A program made the position numbers and the translations under genes. Shown piece by piece: positions 41,204 through 54,950 of a DNA stretch of 64,000 bases. This DNA is from Eledone cirrhosa (Eukaryota): assembly GCA_964016885.1 (NCBI GenBank), contig OZ024741.1, positions 176,886,001 to 176,950,000 of the forward strand. Direction: 5' to 3'. Numbering within the stretch: position 1 is the first letter of the stretch; each line of letters starts with the position of its first letter. Below the pieces are notes generated by a model, which was given only the letters and a program-made list of their open reading frames with translations, did not search any database and was not told the origin of the DNA.

Positions 41204-41871
41204 TTGGGTCGTCAAGTTTGAAATGTGTAGAAATTTGTCTTTCACTTCTACACATTCTACAAATGTTATACTTGATGACCCAACATATATATATATATAT
41301 ATTCATTAGTTAGGCAAAACAAGACCACATATTTCACAAGGAAGACATTATTAAAAGATTGTCAACATATTTTAGTTTGATGTAAGGAATGTAGAGAATA
41401 ATAATAATATTAATAATAATAATGTCCGTTTACAACTGTTTCGCTACTCCATATAATATTTCTGGATCAAATGATTATAGATCACTATTGATCTGGTTCA
41501 GTTGAAAATAATTAACTTAGGTAAAAATAGCGCAGCTCATCGGCATTTTAAAAGGAATATAAATTAAAATAAGGAAAGATTATTTTAATTTATTTTACTT
41601 TTGAAGTCCCGATGAGCTGCTCTATTTTCAATTATGTTAATTATTTTCAACTGAACGATTCAACTGAAAATTGTGGTCTTGTTTTGCTTAACTAATTAAT
41701 ATTTCCAGCTCTGTGCACCTAACCTCTGCATGAACCCAGCCACCTAGCTGCCCCCCACTGCATATTGCACATTGAGCACATGCCTTTACGTTTTGCCTTC
41801 TAACTACTTCACCAATATCTCTTCTCCTCTCATATCTCCATCTCTCTCTTTAAGATTGGTTACTCTTGAAT

Positions 41872-41911
<40 letters not shown>

Positions 41912-43041
41912 AGAACGAGGAATCGGTAATGTATCAAACCACAATTTATTAACATATTACATATGTTTCTCCGTCGATCAGCTCGAGGCTGTTCCAGATC
42001 GAACACGACTATATATATATATGGGTGTGTACGTGTGTTTGTTTGTGAGTGTGTGTGTGTGTGTGTGTATGTGTGTCTGTATGTGTGTATGTATTAGTGT
42101 GTATTATATATTCGTGTCTCCTGCTCACCCCGATTACTATAAGACGGACAAAGATAAATTCAGGGTGGAATCATTTATATAGGGAATTAAATTCACTGCC
42201 AGATGAAAGCTGAAGTTGGCCGCCTTTTGGCAGTTATATTTTCATTTTCATTTCTTCTATTTGAGTAAAAAACAAGATCTGTCCGTGCTCTAGGCCACCA
42301 GTCATATGTTCATGTAATGTTCTATTCACTGATCTATGGCAACATCCCAAAGCATCAGAATTACTTATGTATACAGCTTAAATATAAATGTTTGTTATCT
42401 GAATGAAATATTTTCAACGAAATTGGGAGTAGAATTTATCTATTTAACAAAACATATTTGCAACGTGAAGACCATTCTATTGTTGTTTTATTTCGTTCTC
42501 TCTCAAATTATTTCCCTAATGTGTAAGAATGCATTCTGGTTCTAATAATTATTGTTTTTACAAGTTAAAATATTACATTGAACTTTTTTCATTATAAATC
42601 TATTGTATAAATTCTATCTTATATTAAAAACTGCAGCTTCAATCTGTTTAATATGTTTCTGTTTCGTTTTTCAGAAACCTTCTATACATGTTGGTTTTCA
42701 GTGTTAGTAGTTTTGTTCTAGCTTTTATATGTTACCCATATGATGCAAACAACTTTACACATGAGATTATATTTGTTTTTGGAATACAACCTAAACACCA
42801 CTCGTTGTCAACAAATAAATCATCCTCAGCATTATCCTTAATAATAGTTTTAATATTAATAGTGTCGTGGATCATATAGTCTTTAAACAAAATCGGAACC
42901 ATTAGTGTATTTCATTGTCTGTAGTTACGTTCCGTCTTTTTTTTATAATACCCTTAGGATGCGAACATCTTCACGTCTGATATTCAAAATGTCATTTATG
43001 ATATATCCCATTCGTCACACATTTAGTAAAAAAATAAACCA

Positions 43042-43262
43042 ACATCATCATCCTCATTTGATTCTCCTCATCATCATCATTATCATCATCATCATCATCA
43101 TCACCACCACCATCGTCATCATCATCAACATCATCATCATCGTCATCATCATCATCATCGTCAACGTCATCATCATTATCAACACCATCATCAATATCAT
43201 CGGCATCAACATCATCAACATCATCGTCATCATTATCATCATCATCATCATCATCACCACCA
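43042..43262. repeat. Degenerate (CAT)n repeat
   Basis: Visible directly; source of the poly-D, poly-I and poly-M ORFs. Confidence 0.95.
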
Positions 43263-43703
43263 CTATCGCTCTTAGTATTAGATTTAGTACTAAAAGTGAC
43301 ATGGACCACATAATCTTCAGACGAAATCTCTTGCGTTATTTAACTAAATATCATTTTTTGTATTCAATTCCCAATCTGGTCAACTTCAGTTTTTATCGCT
43401 CAGAGGTTGGCAAAATAAATAACATTAATGTGCTGCAGTGAATTTATTTGAATATAAACATGCCACAAACTCTGTGGCTTTGCACCAAAGTGAGATATTC
43501 TAATTTTATAAACTGTGATGGATGGCCAACAGAGTAATGAGCAGGTATATTTGATTTGTATCACTGAAATCTGTCTTTTTAGCCAATATCGTTGTCATTC
43601 CAACTTCTCTAACATATGGAACTTCCCTTAATATAGTTTTAACCAATTTAACTGAGCTGGTTACAATTTCAAATTGAGCTGTTTCCTGCGTCAGAAAACA
43701 TAG

Positions 43704-43815
43704 TTCTTCTTCTTCTTCTTCTTCTTCTTCTTCTTCTTCTTCTTCTTCTTCTTCTTCTTCTTCTTCTTCTTCTTCTTCTTCTTCTTCTTCTTCTTCTTCT
43801 TCTTCTTCTTCTTCT
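43704..43815. repeat. (CTT)n microsatellite
   Basis: Visible directly; source of the poly-E ORF. Confidence 0.97.
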
Positions 43816-44989
43816 CCTACTCTTCGCCCTGTGAGAAGCAGCCCTTTACAACTGACCCGGCCAGTTATTCCTTGTTGTGTCGTGTTTTCATAATCCTCAA
43901 GCACACCTTCTAGCGAGACCTATTAGAGGTAACTGTTTTGTTCTTCAGCTGATTAGAGCAGGTAATCAATACCTGCATTTCTCTAGTGTAAACAAATTAA
44001 TTTACTATGAAAGGTAAGCAATCTCCTGTGAGACGGGAACACATGCGGAGAAACCTATCTCTTGTAAATAGTAACATGTCTGCAGGCTAGCTCTCTTCCC
44101 ATACTTTTTGTCTTTTAAATTTAAATATATTTTGTTACAGTGTGTTTATTGTTATTAAATTATTCTATGCAATTGTACATTTTATAATTCTTTCAAAGTT
44201 CACTTTACAACTATTCAATTTACAACTAATTGTACAATTCGTTTGTCTTTTACCACACGTATTTTAATGTTTCCTTTGAGGGTCCTATGATGTTGAAGTA
44301 TATGTGATTATAAATGGCTTATTATTATTCATGTGGCGCTGTATTGGCAATATTGTTCAAGTGTCGGGAAAATGCTTTGTAGCATTTAAATTGGGCCCTT
44401 TGCATTCTGGTATCTAATCCGCCGAAACAAAAGGTTCTTCCTTGGGGTGTCGATACTCAGAAACCTTTATTATTGTACTTGATGGACTTTATTGCTGGGA
44501 AGTCGGAATAAATGCTTCGCATTAATGTGATGAGGTAAAGTCCCGTCAGAGTAAAATTTATCTTTCATTTTTCCAGTGTCACTAAAATAAGCTACCAGGT
44601 ATGTAGTGGAAACGTCTTAATAGACGTTCTCATTCTTCCAAAATGCTGGGCTTGAGGTGATATTGCTACGAAATATTAAGGGAAGTTAATTGGAAATATC
44701 GGTATTTATTTACAACATTCTACATTCTGAGTATTGCTTTACATAACACCTTTTCGATTTAATCAACTTACACTTTTCCTCAAATGTCGTGCCTTCTGCC
44801 TAAAATAGAAATTATTATTGTCATATTGTCTCTCTGGGGCTGTTCTGTTGCATATTTACTAAGCCAGGAGACATGGCCATAATCAATGATCAAGGAATTC
44901 TTGTTTATTTCTCTTGGGATTAATGTTCCAGTCATCCTTCTCAAAATTCTAGCTGTTCATAAGAGTCTCCTTTTTTGGAGGACTATTAC

Positions 44990-45445
44990 GGTTACCTGAA
45001 ATGTGTGTGTCCTTTCGCCAGCACTTCCCTCGGTTGGGTTTTCAGAGACGGTAGCGCACTCAGTCCCTACCTCGACGGCTTGCTGCGCCTCACCACGGCT
45101 GAGGCGTAGCGCTGGGAAAGGCCGATAACTTCAGCAGAAATGCAGGATGACCTTGTAGTCTCCCCGAGGTGCAAGTCACCCGGTTTGGAGGGTCTGCCCT
45201 ACGAGCTTTACTTAAATAATCCAGACTTGTTCTCCGATTTTCTCGAAGCGCTCTACTGAAACTGGCAGCAGAACAGGAGTATTCTCAGTTTTGTGAGCCA
45301 AGGCGTACTGAAGTGACGCTGATAAGGAAATACGAGAAAAAGAGGGACCTCAACACAGTGTTTAAGATTTGGGCCAAGGTGTTAGTGAAGAGGTTGGCAC
45401 TTGTCGTCGAAGATTTGGTTGGGGAGGCACAAACTTGTGAAATCC
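44990..45445 (+). mobile_element. Tx1 LINE RT-region fragment
   Basis: YLDGL.RL, KSPGLEGLPYELY, FKIWAKVLVKRLALVV..LVGEAQTC; homologous to 50730-51210. Confidence 0.85.
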
Positions 45446-46640
45446 AGATCAAGTTCATATATGTTTTGTTTTTGTCCATTTGTATACCATTTAAACAGAT
45501 TAAATTTGACCTTAATTCACTGATCCAATTCTTCCATCACTTCATTCAAATATTTCAACTTTGGTTTATGTCCATGTATCGTTTCGCCCCTACCTTGTAC
45601 TTTTCCATTCTACTCTATGCCATTCATCCATTTTACCTAGATCTTTCCTGACCTGAGTTATATATCATTCTAATCTTATCACCCTTAAGTGTTCCTTACT
45701 GTTTTCCCTTTAACTTTGCTTAATACCTAATAGCTCACCCACCAATACTCTTGCAGCCTGAATTAACTTTCTCAAGTCGGTGATACCATTGGTTGTATGT
45801 CCATTGTTGGATAGTCTATTTCAGTTGCTAAACAACGTGTCCCTATATTCCGAAGATTCAGCAGTGTCTTATTAAATCCAGGGTCATTAAACAGATCTGT
45901 CAATATTTTGATGATTAATCTAGTTTCTTCCTTTTCTTCATTTTCATGTTTGTACACACTGTCAATGTCCGCATCATCAATCACTTGATTCTCCATTCTC
46001 TTCCCATTTAGTAGTTTCATTTTCATTATGATCGCTATGATTTCCACTTTCCCCGTCATCTAATTAACCTTCAGCATTAACATTCATACTTGGCGCTTCA
46101 ATTTCCAAGGCCTCTAATTCAACATTGCTGAACCAATTACTCCTCCTACTTTTCATCTGAGCCATCAGATTGTACACAATGATTTCAAATATTTTGAACC
46201 TTTTTCCAAAGCTGAGGCATCCGTTGCCCCACACAACGTGTTCCTCATTCTTTTGCAAAACTTTGACACTTGATTGCGATTTTATTATCGTCTTTGCTCC
46301 ATTTCCTTCTGACTCTGGCTCATTGCGACATTTTGTTTTCTGGGGCTATAAAATTGTAGTATATTTTGTTATACAGCTGCACGATAGGTCCTTATGGATG
46401 CATGTAGCTTCTGAGATACAGGTCACATTGACCTTGTTCGACGTTTTCACCTCTGGTTGCCAAGCGACTCCCATCACAGTTTTAATTCATATTTGCTTTC
46501 TGCATAAATTTCATTTTTGAGGATGCGCAATTACCAATGCTTGTATTGTTTACACTATGACTAGGAAGGTCACCAAGACTAAAATTCCCTTTCTGGCCTT
46601 TTGATTGTTACTGTTTCCGCCCCTGCTGTGGCCTGTTCCA
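45446..46640 (-). mobile_element. R4/Dong-type LINE N-terminal fragment
   Basis: NWFSNVELEAL motif and a KYK..LNEVMEEL segment resemble R4/Dong N-terminal regions; heavily decayed. Confidence 0.55.
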
Positions 46641-46644
46641 GTTA

Positions 46645-46920
46645 TCTCTGAGGTATTGAATATATTGGTGTCGCATGCCCATGAATGGTCAGCGCACTCG
46701 TCCAGTACCCGTATATTGCTGACTTATAGCAATATGTCGAACAGCTGTTATTGCGTGTTGGACTGATCCCGCTATTGACGGAGGCCATAGTGAAGTATGG
46801 CCAAGATGAGCAGGCAGTTTTCCTCTGTTAGATAGCTGTAGCGAAAGAGGTTCTGTGGTGGACGCCACAGAAAGGTCTGAAGACAGACACTTTCCTATGC
46901 AGCCAAGCCCACGTCAACTT
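46645..46920 (-). mobile_element. Tx1 LINE RT-thumb fragment
   Basis: Reverse-complement similarity to 51590-51880 (SVAS..AISNRGK, SVQHA, DI/ISQQY). Confidence 0.6.
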
Positions 46921-46984
46921 TTTCAAGTGGAACTTGAAAAGGAAGATGAGGGTGGAGAGAAAAATGCTGCCCGACAGAACATAA

Positions 46985-47326
46985 TGTGGAATGCGTGGTA
47001 TATATGGAATTTGTGGAGCGTGGAATATATGGAATTTGTGGAATGTGGAATATGTGGAATGTGTGATAGAAATATATGGAATGTTTGGTATGTGGAATGT
47101 ATGGAATGTATCAAATGTGCGAAATGTGTATGTTTAAATGTAATTCTCAGATATATTCAGCAGTGTACGCGTCAATGTAATTCTCAGGGAGATTCAACAT
47201 TCCATACATTCCACACATTCCATATACTCCAGACGTACATAGTCAAGACGTCCATAATTTTCATGCTGATTCACCGTTCCACACATTCTATACATTCCAT
47301 ACATTCAAAGCATTCCATACATCCCA
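46985..47326. repeat. Inverted ~9-bp minisatellite arrays (TGGAATGTR)n ... (YACATTCCA)n around SINE-B fragments
   Basis: Left array 46985-47125, right array 47198-47326; the spacer contains TAATTCTCAGGGAGATTCA. Confidence 0.75.
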
Positions 47327-47344
47327 CGCGTTAAGAATATTACT

Positions 47345-47655
47345 TAAAAGGTGGGTGATTGTTGCGAGGAGGGCCCATGATAATGAGCCCACTCAGAACA
47401 TGCGTCTCGAGGCTGGAATAATCGAAACAGGGAGGGGCAGTCTCCCAGTGTACTCTTGGATATGAGGGTGGGTTGGGATTTGTGGGGCCCATAACGTCAC
47501 CCCTGGGTGGTATGCCTCCCTATTGGGGAATTCTATTGTTTTGTTAATTGTTTTCGTTCATAATTTTTACTCTAATATATTTTACTGACTGAACTCTGTT
47601 GTTGTGTTGTCCTCTATCTTCGGCTCTTGTGGCCAATAACAAAGAAATTCTTACT
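47345..47655 (+). mobile_element. Tx1 LINE 3' end
   Basis: Ends CTCTTGTGGCCAATAACAAAGAAA, like CCCTTGTGGTTAATAAAGAAAG at 53150. Confidence 0.55.
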
Positions 47656-47659
47656 ATTA

Positions 47660-48905
47660 TTTTTGTTCTTTGAGTCTCAGTCATTGATGTTATTTAACTG
47701 GAAAGTTTGTTGTAATGAATATGAAGCCGCTACCTGCAGCCTCAGATATTCAGGACGTATCGGAGGGTTATTGCTGTTCCCAGCAAGCATGCCTTTTGAA
47801 GTGTTTCAAAAAGCGGAGCTGCACTAATCTTTTTTAAGCATCCTTGGAAACTCTTTGAGATAGTACCTAGTGCGCCTATGACAATCGGGACGACCTTGAT
47901 TCCATGGCAGTTCCAAATCCTTTTTAACTCCCAATTTAAGTCCTGGTATCGCTTAATTTTCTCCCTCTCCTTTTCTTGCACTCTCGCGTCAAATGGGCAG
48001 GCTACATCTACAATCAGGCACGATCATTTTTCCTTGTCCAAAACCACCAGGTCAGGCATATTGTCTTCTAATTTCTTGTCCGTCTCTAGCCTAAAATACC
48101 ATAGCACCTTCTCCTAATCGTTTTCTATCACCGACTCTGCTTTATGCTCATACCACTTCTCAGAAAGTAGTAAATTGTTTACTTTGCATAGATGCCAGAG
48201 GATCACCCTGCCTATCACATCATGTCTCCAGCCTTTATAGTGAGTCTGGGCTAGGTGTTTACATTCGGATACAATGAGAGTCACAGTCTCCTCTTTCTCT
48301 CTCCACAGATCCTACACAGTGAGCTAGCCTCCCCCTTGTCAACATGGTATTTCACCCACTTCGTTCTGAAGGCTTCCTCTTGCGCAGACATTAGCATTCT
48401 TTCTGTAGCTTTTTTAAGGTCTCCTATTTTTAACCAGTTCGATATCTGTGAATCTCTAAACTCCATTTTATTAAAGAAGGTACTATGAAGGGATTTTTCA
48501 TGAAGGCTGCTCTTACTCCTTGTTGTTTTTTCCTCCTTGGACATCCCCTGGTCTATTGTCTTCTCCTTCAGTACAATTTTGAGCATTGGCTCCCTACTCT
48601 CAATCACGTATTTGAGCAGGTAATTTTTCTCCATCTGAACACAGTCCTCTATGCTGATAAGATCTCTTCTACCTTCAGATCTCCTTAATTAGAGTCTATC
48701 GACATCACTCCTCTTGTGGGACATGTTGTAGATAGTCACTACCTCCCTAGTCTTCCTATCCATTTCTTTTGGTTCAGCAACATTCCATTTCAGAATTCCC
48801 GTAGTGTACCTAATAATAGACACAGCTCGGGGATTCACTGCACTTATGACATTCCTATTATTATTTAGATATGATTTTAATCCGTTTCTTACTCTCCTTA
48901 TGTAC
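47660..48905 (-). mobile_element. R4/Dong-type (RLE) LINE 3' part
   Basis: DRKTR..DVDRL, LKKATE..MSAQE, CRICG, WRHD, PDLVVLD, IVDVACPFD, EKIKRYQDL, VVPIVIGALG, LQKACLLGT. Confidence 0.9.
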
Positions 48906-48932
48906 TCAGATATTATTATTATTATTATTATT

Positions 48933-51900
48933 ATCTCTTCCACCGCCCACAGAACCAATGGAAAGCATACCCCTTCCTGTTATAGCTAAATCGGACAAGG
49001 AATGCGATGAGGCCGAAGAGTGGAGAACTATTCCAACAAAAAAAGGAAGAGCTCCCTACAATTACGCCCCCTCCCCAAACAAGAGGAAGAAAGAACCCTA
49101 AAAAAAAAGAAAATGAAAACTACTCTACCTCCTCCACCACCATCAAAAGCCACACCGCCACAACCACCTACACAATCACCGCCACCACCACCAACACCAC
49201 AACCACTGCCGACCTTAGCATCTACCCCATCGTCACCTCCAAATTACATTCAACACCACATCAAGATCACAGAAACAAACTACGTACAAACCACCAAAAC
49301 TGCCCCCCCCCCCCCACAAACATAAACATAATAGAAATTACACAAAAAACGTACATAACATTAAAAAAATGGTCCCCACATCAATTGGAGACTACCGAGG
49401 GAACATCACCTAAAGAATATTCACGGATATTCTCGTGGAGAAACCCACCAATGGTCGGAAGGATGTATCACCCACCCCCTTCCTAAAGAAGAGCCACAGG
49501 TAATTTATTTGTACCTCTCCTCCCTCACTTGTTTTCCTCCTCTCCTAGCCAACATGGCTTCTTTCAGAATAGGTAGCATATATGTACACGGCCTGGGGTC
49601 GTCTTAGAAGCAGGGCAACCTGCTGAACGATATCAGGTCGCTAAATAAAGATGTGGTGGCCATCAGCGAGACCAGAATATCCGAGGCACGGGCATTCGCA
49701 CACATTTTCGGCGGCTACCAGGTGTACACATCTCCAAGCCGTCCCGGATCTGGCGGGAGAGTGGCCGTGTTGTTCCGAAGATGTTTGGATCTCGCTATAC
49801 GGGCCGTCTTCTTGGACCCAGAGGGTAAGTTGGTGGTACTAGACGTGACCAGCGGAGAAGGACAAGCTTTCAGACTATTGGCCGCCTATTCCCCAACAGG
49901 AGCAGGACGGCCTGAATTCTTCCGGCGCCTGGATACCTTTCTTGGAACGTCCCACTCTCTAGTGTTAGTGGGCGACTGGAACGGGATCTTAGATGGACGC
50001 TGGGATTGTGTGGGATTAACGGATAGGGGAGGAGTGTGTTTAAGCCTCGCAAACCTGCTCAGACGATTTCAACTGTCTGATAGGTACCGTCTGGATTTCT
50101 CGAATGTGCCAATGTGGACATGGACAAACCGCATCGGGTCATCCAGATCATATGTAAATAGGGTATTTTGTAGGGAAATAGATATGTCTAGCATAGGCTG
50201 TGCACATTTCAAATTAGTCGCCTACACAGACCACAAATTCCTGATCTGTAAGGTTCACTTAGATAGGCTTCATAGACAGGTACCGCGCTACTGGAAGCTA
50301 AACGCGTCATTAACAGTGCGCAACGCCTACAGAGACCGGATTAGCGAAAGAGTTAAGCGGGTATTGACGGGGGCCTTCGTCAACAAAAAGTGGTGGTTTG
50401 CTCTGAAAAGAGCGATTCAAATAGAGTCCATTAGGTTTAATAAGGCTTTAGCAATAGAGAAAAAATAGAGCAGAGGGAGAACTAGTTAGAAAATTAGACG
50501 AGGCGCTTAGTAAAGGCATCGCGACCGACCTACTTACGGCGAAATAGGCCCTTGACCAATTCTTCAATGCAAAGCACGAAGGCTACGTTGTCAGAGCTAG
50601 GGTGCATGATCTCAGACACGAGGGGACGAAAGCCGTTCAATGGGCTCGAGTGGCGGAGGCGCCTTGTGGCAACAAAGCCACGATCCGGTCTTTGGTGGAC
50701 CACGACGGGCGCATGCTACTCGATCCCGGGCAAATGTGTGAAGCTTTTCAGCGACACTTCGCTCAGCTGTTCGAGGGCAGCGGCGGGACGGATCGAGGGA
50801 TGGGTTTTAGTGCCTACCTCGACGGACTGCCGCGGCTCTCGGCCACTGAGGCGGAGTGTTGCGAAAAACAGATAACAGCAGATGTAGTACGGGAGGCAAT
50901 GACTGGCTGCACAAGTAGTCAATCGCCTGGTTTGATGGTCTGCCCTATGAACTTTTCGTACAGATGCCAGACTTGTTCGGAGACCTCTTGGCGACGTCTA
51001 CTGCAACTGGCAACAGAACGGGAGAATTGCCAGCTCTGTGACCCGAGGAGCGGTGGCGCTGCTGAGAAAGGATCCAAACAAGGGGGATAACATAGATAAT
51101 TTCAGGCCCATATCTCTGCTAATCACAGAGTTCAAGATTTTGGCCAAGCTGCTAGCAAAGAGTTTGGCGCTTGTCGTTGGTGGTCTGGTGGGAGAGGGCA
51201 GATATGCGCCATTCCAAACATATCCATCAACAACAACCTCCACCACATGCGATGCATCGTAGAGGGGTAGCAGGGAACATGGCACGAGTGGGTCCTTGAT
51301 CAATTTTGATCAGTCGAAAGCTTTCGAAAGGGTCGACCATCGTTATCTGGCGGCAGTCCTGATGGCGGCTGGCTTTGGGCTCCTCTTTAGAGGCTGGATC
51401 GCTGCCATGCACAGCGACATCTGCTCTGTGGTGAGAGTGAACGGTCACCTTTCGGAACCGTTCAACATCATGGGCTCGGTCCGCCAAGGATGTCTCCACT
51501 CGTCCCTCTTGTACGTATTGATCTGGAGCCATTACTGCACATACTGGAGACGTTGAGGGGTTCCCGCGCGAACTAGCATGCGGAAGATCCGTGTCAGCAT
51601 ATGCGGACGATGTTACCGCAGTGGTGTCGAACGCCAAACACATCGTGGCGATCGGCACCACACTAAGAGAATACGAAGCGGTGACAGGAGCAATGATGAA
51701 CCAGGAAAAGTCGGTGGGCCTGCAGCGCGGCACCTGGAGAGGCAGGTTCATGCCGTCCAACAGCGTCGTCGGTCGCTGGACGGACGGACCGGTTACATTG
51801 CTAGGGGTCTGTTTCGGTCCGGACCCCCAGGCGGACAAAAACCTTGACGAGGTGACGAGCAGGGTGGTTTCTCTCACCCAGAAATGTGCGGAGAGGAAGG

Positions 51901-53175
51901 TATCCCTGAAAGGTCGAGCGGAGGTGGCTAACGCGTACATCGCGTCCGTCATCTACTACTGCCTGACCATCGTGCCTTGTCCTAAGGCCCGCTTGACTCC
52001 GCTGGAGCGTTTGCTCTTTCGCTTTTTGTGGAAGAGACGCGCTCCGATGGTCAGGCGGTCCATATGCTGTCAACACCCGCTACATGCAGGACTGAGCATG
52101 CCGTGACTGATAATGCGCAGACACGCGCTAGGGATACGACATCTCCATTTGATCCTCGACGGTGATCAGGTGTGATCGCCGTTTGTTAGACGCGTCTTTC
52201 CCCAGCTCGTCTCCTTGACGGAACTGCAGTCCTGGGTCAAGCGAATCCCGAGAGGGGGCGCTTGGAGACTGGAATGTCTTCAGGCGCTCACAGCTCTCGA
52301 CCAATCGGGCAATGTGATCAGTGGAAACTCCACCTTGGCGTTCTATAGAGGTTTAGTGGAGGGGAAGAACAAGGACGTACTTGGAGAAACTCTAGGCGTC
52401 GTCGAAAATCAACTAGCCAATCTATTCGGAAGTAATTTCGAGCCGGGCCCTATGGACACCTTCCAGAAATCCCTGGCCTGGCAGTGCTATGAAGAGCTTT
52501 GCCAATTCGGGATAAACTCTACAGGCATGGAGGTGCCGTCAGCCGGACATGTCCGAGATACGCGCAGAGCGAAGAAACCGTCCTGCTTGCACTCGTCCTG
52601 TATCCGAGCATTGCTGACTTGTGGGTTTATGTCGAACACCTACTGTCGCGTGTAGGACGGATCCGGCTATCAGCTGAGTCCATCGTGAGGATTGCCCCGC
52701 CCTCTTCCTTTAGCCGGGAAGGGCATGTAATTTTTATCTGTCTCGTGTCCATGGCGAAAGAGATAGTATGGTGGACGCGTTTGAAATGGCTGAAGACGAG
52801 CATTTACCTCTTCGGTGATGCCGTGATTAATTTTTTCAAATTTCTTTTAAAAAAGGAAAATCAGGGTAGAGAGGGAAGTGCTCTCTTCGCAGCATGTTGT
52901 TGAAAGATGGGTGAGAGAGGCAATAATGGCCCGTGAATGTGATTGTAAATTGAAGGTGGAAATCTGTGAGAGGGCACTTTCCCTGGTGGTCAGGGTCACC
53001 GTGGCTTTTTTTAATGGGCTTTATCCACGAATGTCCATCGGAAGTCTCCGCCCTATTTGGGGAATTTTTCATTGTTTCTTTTTTTGTTACACCCAGAAAT
53101 GCCCATTTGAACCGTCCTGTATTGTCCTTAATATCTACTTTATGTAAACCCTTGTGGTTAATAAAGAAAGCATTA
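48933..53175 (+). mobile_element. Tx1/L1-clade LINE (ORF1 3' remnant, full-length disrupted ORF2, 3' UTR) flanked by (ATT)n
   Basis: (ATT)n at 48910-48932 and 53172-53190; AATAAA at the 3' end. Confidence 0.93.
49554..52960 (+). pseudogene. Tx1 ORF2: APE endonuclease, reverse transcriptase, Cys-rich C-terminus
   Basis: AISETR, GDWN, YTDH, WKLN, SPG, NFRPISLL, DQSKAFERVDH, VRQGC, AYADD, CPR..EET; several frameshifts and stops. Confidence 0.93.
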
Positions 53176-53191
53176 TTATTATTATTATTAT

Positions 53192-53238
<47 letters not shown>

Positions 53239-53263
53239 ATAGTAGTAGTAGTAGTAGTAGTAG
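53172..53263. repeat. (TTA)n(TAG)n microsatellite
   Basis: Visible directly. Confidence 0.95.
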
Positions 53264-53844
53264 ATTGACAATATTTAACTACATAGTTTTGAAATTCTTC
53301 TGAGGGTGACTTCTGTCTCCCTCAACTCCGATACGACGTAATATGTCTCAATCAGGTACTGCGGTCGATAATATCGTCTGTTATACTCTCCTATAGTATG
53401 TAGTTTCCTTTATTCAGAAATCGATATTGTGGCTATTCTGGCTTCCAGATGACCTTAACATTCATTTCATAAATTGACATGAGCAGACAATTTCAACACT
53501 CTGCAAACTCAACTGAAATGTGACATTGCTCTCCTGTGCCAATTAAGACTATTAATTAATTATTCTCTTGTGAAAATGAAAAATGGGATTGACAATGAAA
53601 TATTTCATTTTCATAATAAATTGAAAACCGGTGTGAACTCAATTGTACAATGTGAATGAAAAAAGCATAAAAGTATTTAATTCAATACTTAACATAAAAA
53701 TTGCATTTAATCTACCTTTTTCTAAGATGTTACTCAATTATATGGAGTAGGTGGATTAGGTGGGATACGTTACAGTTTTGTATAACCCACGTTGAATGAT
53801 TACGTTTATGTAAGTTACATTTTTCTTTAATACATCATTGGTCT

Positions 53845-54405
53845 GGGGTGGTGGATTAGAAGTAGCGATAGCGCGTCGGACATAAAGCTTTGCCGAATTG
53901 ATTACGATTTTCAACGTTCTGAATTAAAATCCCACTGGTGTCAAATGCAATTGGCCCTTGTCGATAAAATAAAATACCAGTTTAGTAAATGGTCGACATA
54001 ATCTACTTCCCTTTCTGATAAAATCGCTCGCCTTGTGCATAAATCATAAATTAATACGGAACGGTGTGTAATGATTGTACTAATGGAGCATCATTTTAGG
54101 TTTTGAAAGTCTACCGGTGACATCATTGTTTCCTCGATGAAAGATGTACCAGTAAATTAGAGATGTAAATCAGTTTTGGTTTTGAGGTATTTTATGCATG
54201 TCAGGAAACATTACCAAATATTATTTCGGTGGATTGGCAGTATCGGTAGAAGGTCGGACGCCATGCTTTGACGCATAGAGTTACGGCCCTTACCATTCTG
54301 AGTTCAAATCCTGCCGAGGTTTACTTTGCCTTTCATCCCTACGGGGTCGATAAAATAAAGTACCAGTAATACATTTGGCCTTGTGCCAAAAGTAGAAACA
54401 ATTAT
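53845..54405 (+). mobile_element. Two family A SINEs (53845-54050 old; 54228-54405 young)
   Basis: A and B boxes plus core. Confidence 0.8.
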
Positions 54406-54567
54406 TTTTGTCTAGCTTTCAGTCATTGCTCTGCCATGTCATGTCACGGGACCAGAAATAAAAATTAAATCGTACGGATTCTGTAGTAATACACGATATG
54501 TTTTGCCCATTTATACCTGGAAAAGCTCATACATTTCCATATCTGATACAACCTGTTTCTTGCAGAA

Positions 54568-54623
<56 letters not shown>

Positions 54624-54779
54624 CACGAGAAAAAAGATTATTGTATGGAAATTGTCCCATTGCTGTAATGGTAGTTTATTGTTTGAAGTGATCCAAGGCA
54701 ACATTGACGTAAGCGGAATTTGAACGCAAGATCAATTCGCTACTGTCTGATTCCCATTTTCTCATATTATATTTTGCAT

Positions 54780-54950
54780 AGACCCACTTCCCTATTCACC
54801 ATCATCAATACAGAGGTGGCTACACGCAGGTGTGAGCCTCGCGAGCTGGAATGGCTCTTCCGGTGCGTTTGCCGCACCATCCTCCAGGGAAACGACTTCT
54901 TTATTCGGTCGGCCAGAGATGCGGGGTGGCCAACGCGTAGGGCCCCATTT
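54780..54950 (+). mobile_element. CRE-type LINE 3' fragment
   Basis: RRCEPRELEWLF..ILQGN, the same family as 5735-6075. Confidence 0.7.

Noticed and set aside
42905-43904. Poly-Asp, poly-Ile, poly-Met and poly-Glu ORFs
   Set aside because: They come from (CAT)n and (CTT)n repeats; no splice or domain support.
43945-43985. CTGATTAG plus GCAGGTA/TACCTGC hairpin as a hammerhead
   Set aside because: No GAAA follows the stem and there is no helix I or III.
51227-51952. 241-aa minus-strand ORF
   Set aside because: It is the antisense shadow of the GC-rich Tx1 reverse transcriptase.
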